A DNA stretch of 23,696 nucleotides from Octopus sinensis (taxonomy: Eukaryota): NCBI RefSeq assembly GCF_006345805.1, contig NW_021836558.1, forward strand, positions 1 to 23,696, read 5' to 3'. Below the pieces are notes generated by a model. It did not search any database, was not told the origin of the DNA, and was given only the letters and a program-made list of their open reading frames with translations. Made by a program: the position numbers and the translations under genes. Every line of letters starts with the position of its first letter. The first letter of the stretch is position 1. Shown here in pieces: positions 1 to 9,691 of the stretch.

Positions 1-324
1 TATGTGTGTGCGTGTGCGTGCGTGCGCGCTTACAAATTATATACTAATTATATAGTATTTATTTATTATTTCGTACTTTATTTAGTTCTTGGTAAATGTT
101 TTATCTTATCGTAATTTTTTTCTATATGGTATGATTTAAGTATATCATTGTTGAATTGCTACATGGCGGTTCTTCTCTAATTTATATACATGTATATATA
201 TATACATGTATATATATATACAATATTATTTATGTGTACTTCTTATTCACATAAGGTACTTTTTTCTTTTATTTTTATTTGCATTTTATATGTATATATG
301 TATATTTTTACTTTTATATATATA

Positions 325-720
325 CTAGCAGTATCGCCCGGCGTTGCTCGGGTTTGTAAGGGAAATAACTATATAAGCATTTTTAGAGAGTTATAGCCAA
401 AAAAAGCCAAAAATGCATTAAAAATGGGAAAAAAATTATGGTAATTTTTTTTTTTAAATCGTTGACTCATCGTAGACATTTTAAGAGAGTTACTTCCCTT
501 ATATAATAGCGAAAAAATGCATTAAAATGGAAAAAAATGATGGTATTTTTTTTTTAAATAGTAGACTCATCGTAAACGCGCGCTAATACCCAGAAGGGCT
601 CGATATGAATCACGACTATAAGATACCCGGTTTTGGTTAAACTGCACCGCAAAATGTGGGAGTAGTTAGGAATCTAAATCGTAGGAGACAGACACACAAC
701 TTCACTTTTATATATAAAGA
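325..720 (-). mobile_element. Non-autonomous Helitron, copy 1 (with ~90 bp internal tandem duplication)
   Basis: The minus strand starts TC after an A (GA at 719-720) and ends with hairpin CCCGAGCAACGCCGGG followed by CTAG|T (325-328). It sits in an AT dinucleotide with no TSD. Near-identical to 4954-5259 in the opposite orientation. Confidence 0.8.
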
Positions 721-1667
721 TATAGCAATACAGGAGCCACGTCAGCGGGCAGGTTGCGAGCCAATAAAAACATACATTTATGTGCATCTATGCATGCACA
801 TATGTGCATATGTATGCACGTATATATGCGTACTTGCATATATGCATGCATGTATGTGTGTCTACGTGTGTTGTGTGTGTGTGTGTGTGGTGTGGTGTGT
901 GTGTGTACTCCCCGACAGAACTCCTTCTTATATTTCTCTGCACCGATTTGCAGACACTTCCTTGTCGCTCTCGCTCACCGTTATTAACATAATGCAGCCA
1001 GTGACTGGTCGTCACTTTGAAACGACGCTATTGTTCACCAATTACATTATATAATGCGTAAATAAACAATTATGGCTGCCATTATTCAGCGTATCCATGT
1101 ATCGAAAATGCAGTCCTGGTGTTTCTTAAGAGACATCCTTACGAGAAAAAAAAACAACAACAAAATCAAAATTTAATAAAGAGAAAAATAACAACAGTAG
1201 GTTCAGTTCACCAATAAAACAACAATTGAGAGGGGAAAACATTAGCACAGTAACTTCAAATTCAGGTCAGAGCTTGCCACAGAAGAGAAACTAAGTATCT
1301 AAGAAGCTGTTTGTCCGTTTATGGCAAGCAATAAATTTAAAAAGCGAAACACCACGGGCAATGCACGTCAGCGTACCTTGAGCCAATCTTCTATATAATA
1401 AATCAATTATTATTGACATTTTTGTTAGGCTCTTCATATCAAGACTATTAACGTCGTTCTCACAGAACGTGGCGACAGCATACGTCACAGTACACGTGAC
1501 TTTCGTTCGTTCTCAATTATATTATTAAACTTAAAAGAGATTTCTTCAACATTGCCTTGCAGATTCTTTCATTTTTTTAAATTTTTGTTTTTTGATTGGT
1601 GTCATCCGAATGATGTACGGACGTTCGCCCAAATCATTCGCAGATATATATATATATATATATATAT

Positions 1668-1735
<68 letters not shown>

Positions 1736-1736
<1 letters not shown>

Positions 1737-2148
1737 CTCTTTACTCTCTCTTTTACTCTTTTCTTGTTTCAGTCATTTGACTGCGGCCATGCTGGAGCAC
1801 CGCCTTTAGTCGTGCAAATCGACCCGGGACTTATTCTTTGTAAGCCCAGTACTTATTCTATCGGTCTCTTTTGCCGAACCGCTAAGTGACGGGGACATAA
1901 ACACAACAGCATCGGTTGTCAAGCAATGCTAGGGGGACAAACACAGACACACAAACACACACACACATACATATATATATATACATATATACGACAGGCT
2001 TCTTTCAGTTTCCGTCTACCAAATCCACTCACAAGGCTTTGGTCGGCCCGGGGCTATAGACACTTACCCAAGATGCCACACAGTGGGACTGAACCCGGAA
2101 CCATGTGGTTGGTTAGCAAGCTACTTACCACACAGCCACTCCTGCGCC
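1736..2148 (-). mobile_element. tRNA-derived SINE family A, full length
   Basis: Minus-strand head GGCGCAGGAGTGGCTGTGTGG (A-box-like) and GGTTCAGTCCC (B-box-like), internal (TA)/(TG) microsatellite, and tail GGCGGTGCTCCAGCATGGCCGCAGTCAAATGACTGAAACAAG. Many copies in the window. Confidence 0.9.
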
Positions 2149-2160
2149 TATATATATATA

Positions 2161-2438
2161 TTTTATTTATTTATTTTTTTATTTTTATCTAGTTTCAGCT
2201 CACAAGCTGCGGCCATGCTGGGGCACCGTCATTTGATGTTGCTACATGATTTTACTTCACGAATGCTTTTTAGCAAATGCCATTTGGTGCATGAGAGAGT
2301 TCGATGCAGCCGCCCTCATCTGCACCTCCTGCCGTGAAGTTGGTTCATCTGGGACACCTGACAAGAAGAGATCCAGTTTTACTTTAAAGACATCTGCATC
2401 CACCCCATGCAGGTCTCTTAGGTTCTTCAGGAGGATAT
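2161..2438 (-). mobile_element. LINE 3' end (CR1/L2-like ORF2 C-terminus plus 3' UTR), 5'-truncated
   Basis: Minus-strand peptide ILLKNLRDLHGVDADVFKVKLDLFLSGVPDEPT...AASNSL resembles the FK..LD..L..PD.P C-terminal pattern of CR1/L2-group ORF2. It is followed by a short UTR and an A-rich tail. Confidence 0.7.
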
Positions 2439-2609
2439 ATATAGGCTCAAATTCATAAAAAACAAAAAACAAAAAAAAATTGAGATTTATGAAATCAATT
2501 TTAAAACTGTTTCTGCAATAATAATTCCAAAACATATATATATATATATACATATATACACCCATATATCATAGATGAATACGTATATATAATATATTTA
2601 CGTATGCAC

Positions 2610-2642
<33 letters not shown>

Positions 2643-2915
2643 CATTAGAAACAATGTAATTAGGTATTCCATCTGACAAATAGAACATACTTTATTCAAA
2701 AGATAAAATATCAAGACAAGAGGAAAGAATTCTATAGAATTATCGAGGGTTTAATATGAAGAAAATTAAAATTAGAACACCTACAACATTAGCTTATCAT
2801 AAAGATGTGATTCAGAGTATCTAATCATATGAAATGTCTCGTCCTTTTCCCTCTCTCACTCACTCCCCTTCTCTCTCTCTCTCTCTCTCTCATTTTCTCA
2901 TTATATATATATATA

Positions 2916-3291
2916 CTAGCAGTATCGCCCGGCGTTGCTCAGGTTTGTAAGGGAAATAACTATAAAGCATTTTTAGAGAGTTATAGCCAAAAAATAGCAA
3001 ACAAATGGAAAAAAATGATGGTAATTTTTTTTGAGATTTTAAAAAGGTGGAGTTGCGTCCCCTAGACAGTTTGTGGTTCGGTTTCTGATTCTCGACCCAT
3101 GTCGAATTTATCGATTTTTTTCAGAACTGGAGGAACTTTTCAAAATTTTCGCTGCGTTAGTTTTGAATTAGACTTGGGCTATGTGTTGTCAAGTTCATCA
3201 GAATCGGTTGAAAGCCGTGGTCAGGGGAGGGTACAAGCAAACAGACACACAGAAACACGCACAGACAAACTGCCGTTTATATAGAGAGAGA
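2916..3291 (-). mobile_element. Non-autonomous Helitron, chimeric variant (shared 3' end, different 5' part)
   Basis: CTAG at 2916-2919 and the hairpin are near-identical to copy 1 over ~110 bp, then the sequence is unrelated. It has ACAG/ACAC short repeats and a 5' TC (GA at 3290-3291) next to a T. Confidence 0.7.
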
Positions 3292-3301
3292 TATATATTT
3301 A

Positions 3302-3912
3302 TTCTGTGTTTTTTTCTCTCTGTGTATCTTTTGTTTGAAGAGCGTAGGCTCGAAACGTTAAAGACTTGTTTTATTTAATTTTCCTGAGCGCCATACTACT
3401 ACAATTGTTTGTTTGTTCCCACCTGCCTTCGTCTTTTGTCTATTTTCATAAAGCTTCCCGTTATATATTATGCGCTCACGTGGTCTCATTTCATCTATAT
3501 TCTACCAATACCACTATCAACACTTACCTCTACCTTGGATTTTCTTTACCTCTTGATACTTACCATTGGCTGCACCTCTCTTTCGCGGATCAAAGTGACT
3601 TTGTTATTGATGTGAATCCTTAAAAAATATACCACGACGTCTACACATTTCTAACCTTGAACTTTCAACCTTGAACTTGTTCGCATAAACTGTCCGTTTG
3701 TTGTATTTTTTTTTCATCATTATTACTGCACGCATTTTTTTCTCTCCTTCTGTGTTTTTTTTTCTCTCTGTGTATCTTTCTGTTGAAGAGCGTAGGCTCG
3801 AAACGTTAAAGACTTGTTATTTATATTTCCTGAGCGCCATACTAATACAATTGTTTGTTTGTTTCCAACCTGCTTCGTCTTTTGTCTATTTTCATAAAGC
3901 TTCCCGTTATAT
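3302..3912 (+). mobile_element. Non-autonomous PLE-like/retrozyme-like unit: two ~165 bp direct repeats (3302-3468, 3748-3912), each with a hammerhead-like motif
   Basis: Direct repeats 448 bp apart, each containing GAAGAGCGTAGGCTCGAAACGTTAAAGA. Related copies on the minus strand at 15446-15650 and 17643-17818. Confidence 0.65.
3775..3812 (+). ncRNA. Minimal type I hammerhead ribozyme-like motif, A6U core variant
   Basis: P1 UCUUU/AAAGA; core CUGUUGA+A; P2 GAGC-guag-GCUC; GAAA; palindromic P3 ACGU; GUU cleavage triplet (3805-3807). The upstream copy at 3327-3364 has a damaged core (UGUUUGAA). Confidence 0.6.
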
Positions 3913-3925
3913 ATATATATATATA

Positions 3926-4089
3926 TATACTCAAAATAAGCAACAAGAATGACTCCGGTATTTTTGGTACGATCGTTTCGTACTAATCATTTTAACACTG
4001 GTTGTAATACTTACATTTAATAAAATGATGTAGTACGAAACGATCGTACCAAATTACCGGAGTCATTCTTGTTGCTTATTTTGATTATA
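3926..4089. repeat. Fold-back inverted repeat (~65 bp arms, ~26 bp spacer)
   Basis: 3931-3994 is the near-perfect reverse complement of 4021-4084. Confidence 0.9.
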
Positions 4090-4187
4090 GTCACCCCACG
4101 GATTTTATGGATAACACCATACAGATTCTTGTGCATCTAAATTAAGTACCATATTCATTTGAATCTAAATTTTTGCTGAACTTATAT

Positions 4188-4248
<61 letters not shown>

Positions 4249-4281
4249 TATATTCTTTTTCTTTATTATATATTCTTATTC

Positions 4282-4435
4282 CTTTTACTTGTTTCAGTCA
4301 TTTTGACTGTGGCTATGCTGGAGCACCGCCTTTTAATCGAGCAAATCGACCCCACAACTATTCTTTGAAAGCCTAGTACTTATTCTATCGGTCTCTTTTG
4401 CCGAACCGCTAAGTTACGGGGACGTAAACACACCA
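4282..4435 (-). mobile_element. SINE family A, 3' fragment
   Basis: Matches the tail half of 1736-2148. Confidence 0.85.
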
Positions 4436-4953
4436 AGTGTGTTTTATGAAACTTCGGGAGAGATGTACAGCAAGTTGTACTTTCAGATATCCTTTCTTAA
4501 TGCAGGCGGACAAGCACTCTTCAGGGATAAAGCATCGCTCCTGAACTAATCACTGGAGTATTTCTTGACTTACCCCGACACCATCTATGTGGCCTGTTAC
4601 TCAGCAGCTCATCGTAACCAACAAGAGCCGGAGAAAATAGACATTACACGTGAATCATTCATTGAAGAGATTGTTGGAAGAGATTGTGGAAAGATAACAG
4701 GAGCCAATAGAATCCTACCAGAGATTCAGAAGAGTGAGAGCCCAGCGTTACACACCGAACATTACTTTTTAATCAGCTTCAATGAACAAAGTAATCTACC
4801 AAGGGACCTCTATGATAAGTTATCGTCACCGTCTAAAATTACTAACAGGGGAGGAAAATGTGCTGCCTGTTGTAGTAAAACCCTAGCAACAAATATGTGA
4901 TTTTTTTTAAGGATAAATAGGAAACTAGTGTTCGTCCTCTTCCCAGGGGCATA

Positions 4954-5259
4954 TCTTTATATATAAAAGTGAAGTTGTGTGAGTGTCTGTCTCCTACGAT
5001 TTAGATTCCTAACTACTCCCACATTTTGCGGTGCAGTTTAACCAAAACCGGGTATCTTATAGTCGTGATTCATATCGAGCCCTTCTGGGTATTAGCGCGC
5101 GTCTACGATGAGTCTACGATTTTTAAAAAATTACCATCTTTTTTTCCCATTTTTAATGCATTTTTTTTTTTTGCTAATATATAAGGGAAGTAACTCTCTG
5201 AAAATGCTTATATAGTTATTTCCCTTACAAACCCGAGCAACGCCGGGCGATACTGCTAG
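4954..5259 (+). mobile_element. Non-autonomous Helitron, copy 2
   Basis: A|TC start (4954), hairpin at 5232-5247, CTAG|T end (5256-5259). Reverse complement of 325-720 lacking one internal repeat unit. Confidence 0.85.
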
Positions 5260-5281
5260 TGCAAGATATAATGAGAAGACT

Positions 5282-5561
5282 ATTGCAGCGTGGAAGGTTT
5301 TTGTAAGCCATTTAAAAAACACACAAAAGTCGTTCGATTCACTTCAACATTTAAGTTTAATTTGTCAAAATATTTTCGTCGCTATAAGACTGCGACCTGT
5401 TCACTGACAAAAATCCGTGCTGCATCTTAAATGTTGAAGTGAATCGAACGGCTTTTGTGTGTTTCTTAAATGGCTTACAAACACCTTCCACGCTGCAATT
5501 GTTTTCGTTCCAGAAACACGATCTCAGATCAAATCACTTGCTATGCAAGTACATCTCCGTA
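5282..5561. mobile_element. Fold-back PLE-like mini-element with 12 bp TSD
   Basis: Inverted arms 5282-5355 and 5426-5499, flanked by direct repeat AATGAGAAGACT (5270-5281, 5562-5573). A further fragment lies at 21294-21319. Confidence 0.75.
5361..5411 (-). ncRNA. Minimal type I hammerhead ribozyme-like motif, G3-C8 core variant
   Basis: Minus strand: P1 UUUGUCA/UGACAAA (7 bp); core GUGAACA+G; P2 GUCGC/GCGAC with 9-nt loop; GAAA; palindromic P3 AAUAUU; UUU triplet. Confidence 0.65.
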
Positions 5562-6362
5562 AATGAGAAGACTGAAATATATTAATTAGAATGACATTGT
5601 AAGGTGCAATTGTTGTGGTTTAGGTATGGCTTTTCTTTTTATTGTTCTGGGTGTTCGATAGTGTGTTTCTTGCTTTGTTGACAGAAGATGACAAATATAA
5701 ATTAATTAGAATTTCCCCCGATATTTTCCCAGTTTCTGCTTTCTTGCCTGTTTGTTTTACTTTTTATCGCAACAAACCTATATAATTAACAATATCGGTA
5801 AAAATCCTGGAATTGGTATAATTGCGTTTCTATCAGGTTCTTAAAACAGTCGTGTAACAAAAGATATACTCATTAACACCAGTAATCTAATAAAGCGAGT
5901 TATTCATAACAAAAACTAATGGCTTAATTGATATTTTCACAAAGGAAACATGAACAGTAACCTTGTTACTACACGTGCCATCGAAAGAACTCCTACGTGG
6001 TTTCTGCTAAAACAACCATTAAATATCTCTCAAACCATACTCTACTGCCTTACAAGTGGAAAGACAATGATAAACATGAAAATCTTTATTACTGAAACAA
6101 CTTAGACGATAATTCAACTCAGATCATAACTGGCCTGGGACAACATTAGCAGTGTACCTACGCAATGTCATAACTAAAACTCATTTGAGTCGGAAGGAAT
6201 CGATTTTCTTACTGCAAAATTCTCGATATGAATCTCTACATACACCAATCAGTAAAATTTCATGTTTCATAGAACAACATGTGGAAATAAACATGTAGAA
6301 ACGCTTCAACAATGTTGTTTCATCAATGGTTAAAGATAAAATAGATGAAACACAGATGTTAA

Positions 6363-6621
6363 AAATAAAAATAAATGCGCCCGTTTAAAGCCTAGCCAGG
6401 TTCATGGGCCCGGTTTCCCGATTTCTATGGCGTATGTGTTCCCCAGCTGGACGGGACGCCAGTCCATCGCAGCGTTACTCTTTTTGCCAGCTGAGTGGAC
6501 TGGAGCAACGTGAAATGAAGTGTTTTGCTCAAGAACACAACGCGTCGCCCGGTCCAGGAATCGAAACCACAATCTTACGATCATGATGCTGACACCCTAA
6601 CCACTAAGCCATGTGCCTCCA
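6363..6621 (-). mobile_element. tRNA-derived SINE family B (CORE-like central domain)
   Basis: Reverse complement of 7267-7532, with A and B boxes. Probable TSD GAAACACAGATG/GAAACCCAGATG (6347-6358, 6623-6634). The CORE resemblance is from memory of TTGRGCAARNCACTT. Confidence 0.85.
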
Positions 6622-6678
6622 AGAAACCCAGATGATACCATTTTAATTTGTATCATGATAATATTACAGATTTATATA

Positions 6679-6830
6679 CAGTAAATCCTCGAGTATAGTC
6701 CGCCCTTGAGTATAATACGCAGGGGATTTTTAGGGGGCTGTACCTCTAAAAACCTAAACCTTGTGTATAATACGCACTCCTTCTCTAACTTGAGTCAAGG
6801 AGGTCTATATACCAAGTATAAATACGCATG
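6679..6830 (+). mobile_element. Probable pogo/Tigger-type DNA transposon terminus
   Basis: TA|CAGTAAATCCTCGAGTATA start and four copies of a GTATAATACGCA-like subterminal motif. No partner end found. Confidence 0.4.
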
Positions 6831-7266
6831 CGCAGAAGGCAGTGTGACAAAAATAAAGATATGTTATGGTGAAAGTGCGGATAACTTTTGACTTCCCCTC
6901 GTATATATCCAAAATGCAAGAATATAAAAGAAGGCGACAGACTCTAAACTTTGTAAGACATTTAGTAGGGCGCTGTACTGCCTTTCGATTTATTTTGTTC
7001 TTCCAATGTTATAAATGTAAATTATGAGGACAATATTGCTACAAACGTGAGTCATAAAACATACGGCTTAACAGCGCACATTACTGTTGTACAAATCTAC
7101 TAAAATTGTAGCGTATAATTATATATGTGCTAAAGTTTTGAATCGTTATTAACACACCAGAAAACATGATTGTAAAATAATTGACATGCTTATTAGGTCA
7201 CAACCTTATTTACATATGTTCTGCCTGTGAATTACTATGGAATACAGATGGCCTATAATAGTAATT

Positions 7267-7532
7267 GTGGAGGCGCGTAGCTTAGTGGTTAAATTGTCAG
7301 CATCATGATCGTAAGATTGTGGTTTCAATTCCTGGACCGGGCGATGTGTTGTGTTCTTGAGCAAAACACTTCATTTCACGTTGCTCCAGTCCACTCAGCT
7401 GGCAAAAATGTGTAACCCTGCGATGGACTGGCGTCCCGTCCAGCTGGGGAACACATACGCCATTGAAACCGGGAAACCGGGCCCATGAGCCTGGCTAGGC
7501 TTTTAAAAGGGCGCATTTATTTATTATTATTT
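7267..7532 (+). mobile_element. tRNA-derived SINE family B
   Basis: A box TAGCTTAGTGG, B box GGTTTCAATTCC, (TTA)/(TTTA) tail, and TSD TAGTAATT (7259-7266, 7533-7540). Confidence 0.88.
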
Positions 7533-7566
7533 TAGTAATTAGTAAATCAGACGTAAGTATAAAATA

Positions 7567-7940
7567 TGGCTGTGAGACAAGAAGTTTGCTTCCCAACCAC
7601 ATGGTTCCAGGCTCGGTCTCACTGCGTGGCACCTTGGACAAGTGCCTTCTACTATAGCCTCGGGCCGCCCAAAGCCTTGTGAGTGCATTTGGCAGACGGA
7701 GACTGAAAGAAGCCCGATGTGTGTGTGTGCGTGCGTGCGCATGTTTGTCTGTGTGTTTGTCCCCCACCACCGCTTGACAACCGGTGTTAGTGTGTTTACG
7801 TTCCCGTAACCTAGCGTTTCGGCAAAAGGCCCGATAGAATAAGTAACCGGCTTTAAAAAAAAAACAAGTACTAGAGTCGATTTGTTCAACTGAAACGCTT
7901 CAAGACGGTGCTCCAGCATGGCTGCTGTCTAATGACTACA
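7567..7940 (+). mobile_element. SINE family A, diverged copy
   Basis: Collinear with 13343-13731, with more substitutions. Confidence 0.85.
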
Positions 7941-8119
7941 TCAGTTGGAAGGTAAAAGATGACTTCGGATAGGTTACTCTAAGGTGATAACGATGTAGTG
8001 ATAGAGGCTTGCAAATGAAACTAATAAAGAGGAGATTAATAAAGGTGAGACAAGTAATAATATAGATAAAACTTACTTGATGCGTGACGTTCGATCATAT
8101 GATATAAATAATATATAAA

Positions 8120-8516
8120 TACTCTTTACTCTTTTACTTGTTTCAGTCATTTGACTGCGGCCATGCTGGAGCACCGCCTTTAGTCGAGCAAATCGACCCC
8201 GGGACTTATTCTTTGTAAGCCCAGTACTTATTCTATCGGTCTCTTTTGCCGAACCGCTAAGTAACGGGGACGTAAACACACCAGCATCGGTTGTCAAGCA
8301 ATGCTAGGGGGACAAACACAGACACACAAACACACACATACATATACATATATACGACAGGCTTCTTTCAGTTTCCGTCTACCAAATCCACTCACAAGGC
8401 TTTGGTCGGCCCGAGGCTATAGTAGAAGACACTTGCCCAAGGTGCCACGCAGTGGGACTGAACCCGGAACCATGCGGTTGGTAAACAAGCTACTTACCAC
8501 ACAGCCACTCCTGCGC
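8120..8516 (-). mobile_element. SINE family A, full length
   Basis: Near-identical to 1736-2148. Confidence 0.92.
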
Positions 8517-8815
8517 TATGAGACCGAGCATATATACATACATATATGTACATACCTAAATATAAATGTATATATATATATATACATGCATATATGGATA
8601 CAGGACATCAAAAAAAAGTTTGAACACAATGAGAAACGAAAACATAAAAACAAAAACATAGAAACGAATTTTTTTTTTTCGAACATCGAAAAAAACAAAC
8701 AGAGAAACGAGACATGCAACATAAAGAATATTCCCCTATATTAATTAATAATATAGATTCGTTAAGAAGTAATTACCTGCTATTATTAATAAACGAATTA
8801 TATTACTGTCATAAT

Positions 8816-9020
8816 ATTGGTTTCAAATTTTGACACAGGGCTAGCAATTTTAAGGGAGGAGCAAGTCGGTTGCATCGACCCCAATATTAAACTGGTACTT
8901 ATTTTATCGACTCAGAAGGGATTGAAAAGCAAAGTCGACCTCAGGCGGGATTTGAACTCAGAATGTTTAAATGCTGCTAAGCATTTTCCCCGGCGTGCGA
9001 ACGATTCTGCCTGCTCGCCG
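8816..9020 (-). mobile_element. tRNA-derived SINE family C
   Basis: Diverged reverse complement of 21989-22200. B box GAGTTCAAATCC; ends TTTGAAACCAAT. Confidence 0.75.
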
Positions 9021-9141
9021 CTTTATTAATGAATGTCATGATATATAAATTACAAATCTTGTTAATTAGATTATAAATTGAAAAAACAATTCAAATCAAT
9101 TTTAAAATTCTAATTTTAGAATTCTTCTGAATGTGTGCAGT

Positions 9142-9179
9142 GTCACGTGGCCGGAAGTGAACGTGTCTGAATATATAAA
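9142..9179 (+). promoter_or_regulatory. Candidate Pol II promoter: E-box GTCACGTG, ETS site CCGGAAGT, TATA box TATATAAA
   Basis: Three consensus motifs within 38 bp of non-repeat sequence (9142-9149, 9151-9158, 9172-9179), with a splice-donor-like AAG|GTAAAT at 9299/9300. Confidence 0.5.
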
Positions 9180-9304
9180 TCACAGCCACCTACTTATTTT
9201 AATATAGCTGTATTATTTCTGCCTTTACCTTCAATTCCTGATCGTTTTATTCGGCCTACGAAATCGATATATTTGTCTGCTAGGCGTTTTCTCGAGAAGG
9301 TAAA

Positions 9305-9374
9305 TACGTCACTGTACGTCACTGTACGTCACTGTACGTCACTGTACGTCACTTTACGTCATGTTACGTCAACT
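9305..9374 (+). repeat. 10-bp minisatellite, 7 x TACGTCA(ctg), CRE/ATF-like sites
   Basis: TACGTCA starts at 9305, 9315, 9325, 9335, 9345, 9355 and 9365. Confidence 0.9.
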
Positions 9375-9691
9375 TTAAGTTACACTGCGTTAACTGATCG
9401 TGGGCTGGAGTACATTATGAATGATGTGCACTCAGATACGTTCGTGACTAGATGTTATTGTGTTATATAAAGTTATTCAGAGAGACAAAGACAGAAAGAA
9501 AGAGTGATTCAGGTAGGCATGACCGAATAATACATTTTGCAATTATCGGATTGGAAGTTCGATCCCTATCCATGGATTATTGGACAAGTAATTTTTACCA
9601 TAGGCTCAGTATGACTCGAGTATTTTCGTCTGTGAAATCAGGTCGAAGAAAACGTGTGGCAGTTCCACAGGTGCGCAGTATTGGCATCATT

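Noticed and set aside
190-1054. ORFs rich in Y/I/C/V/H/T (also 11514-12563, 16923-17413, 19128-19980, 22534-22761)
   Set aside because: Translations of (TA)n, (TG)n, (GATA)n and (CATA)n microsatellites.
1926-2192. Recurring peptide ASFSFRLPNPLTRLWSARG (also 8301, 13371, 15344, 7495)
   Set aside because: Antisense translation of SINE A copies, not a gene family.
4565-4900. 111-aa ORF in non-repetitive sequence
   Set aside because: Starts at TTG, has no recognisable domain and no convincing splice sites. It may be a TE remnant; a tBLASTx search is needed.
9305-9374. CRISPR-like array
   Set aside because: Eukaryotic context, 10-bp units with no unique spacers, and no cas genes.
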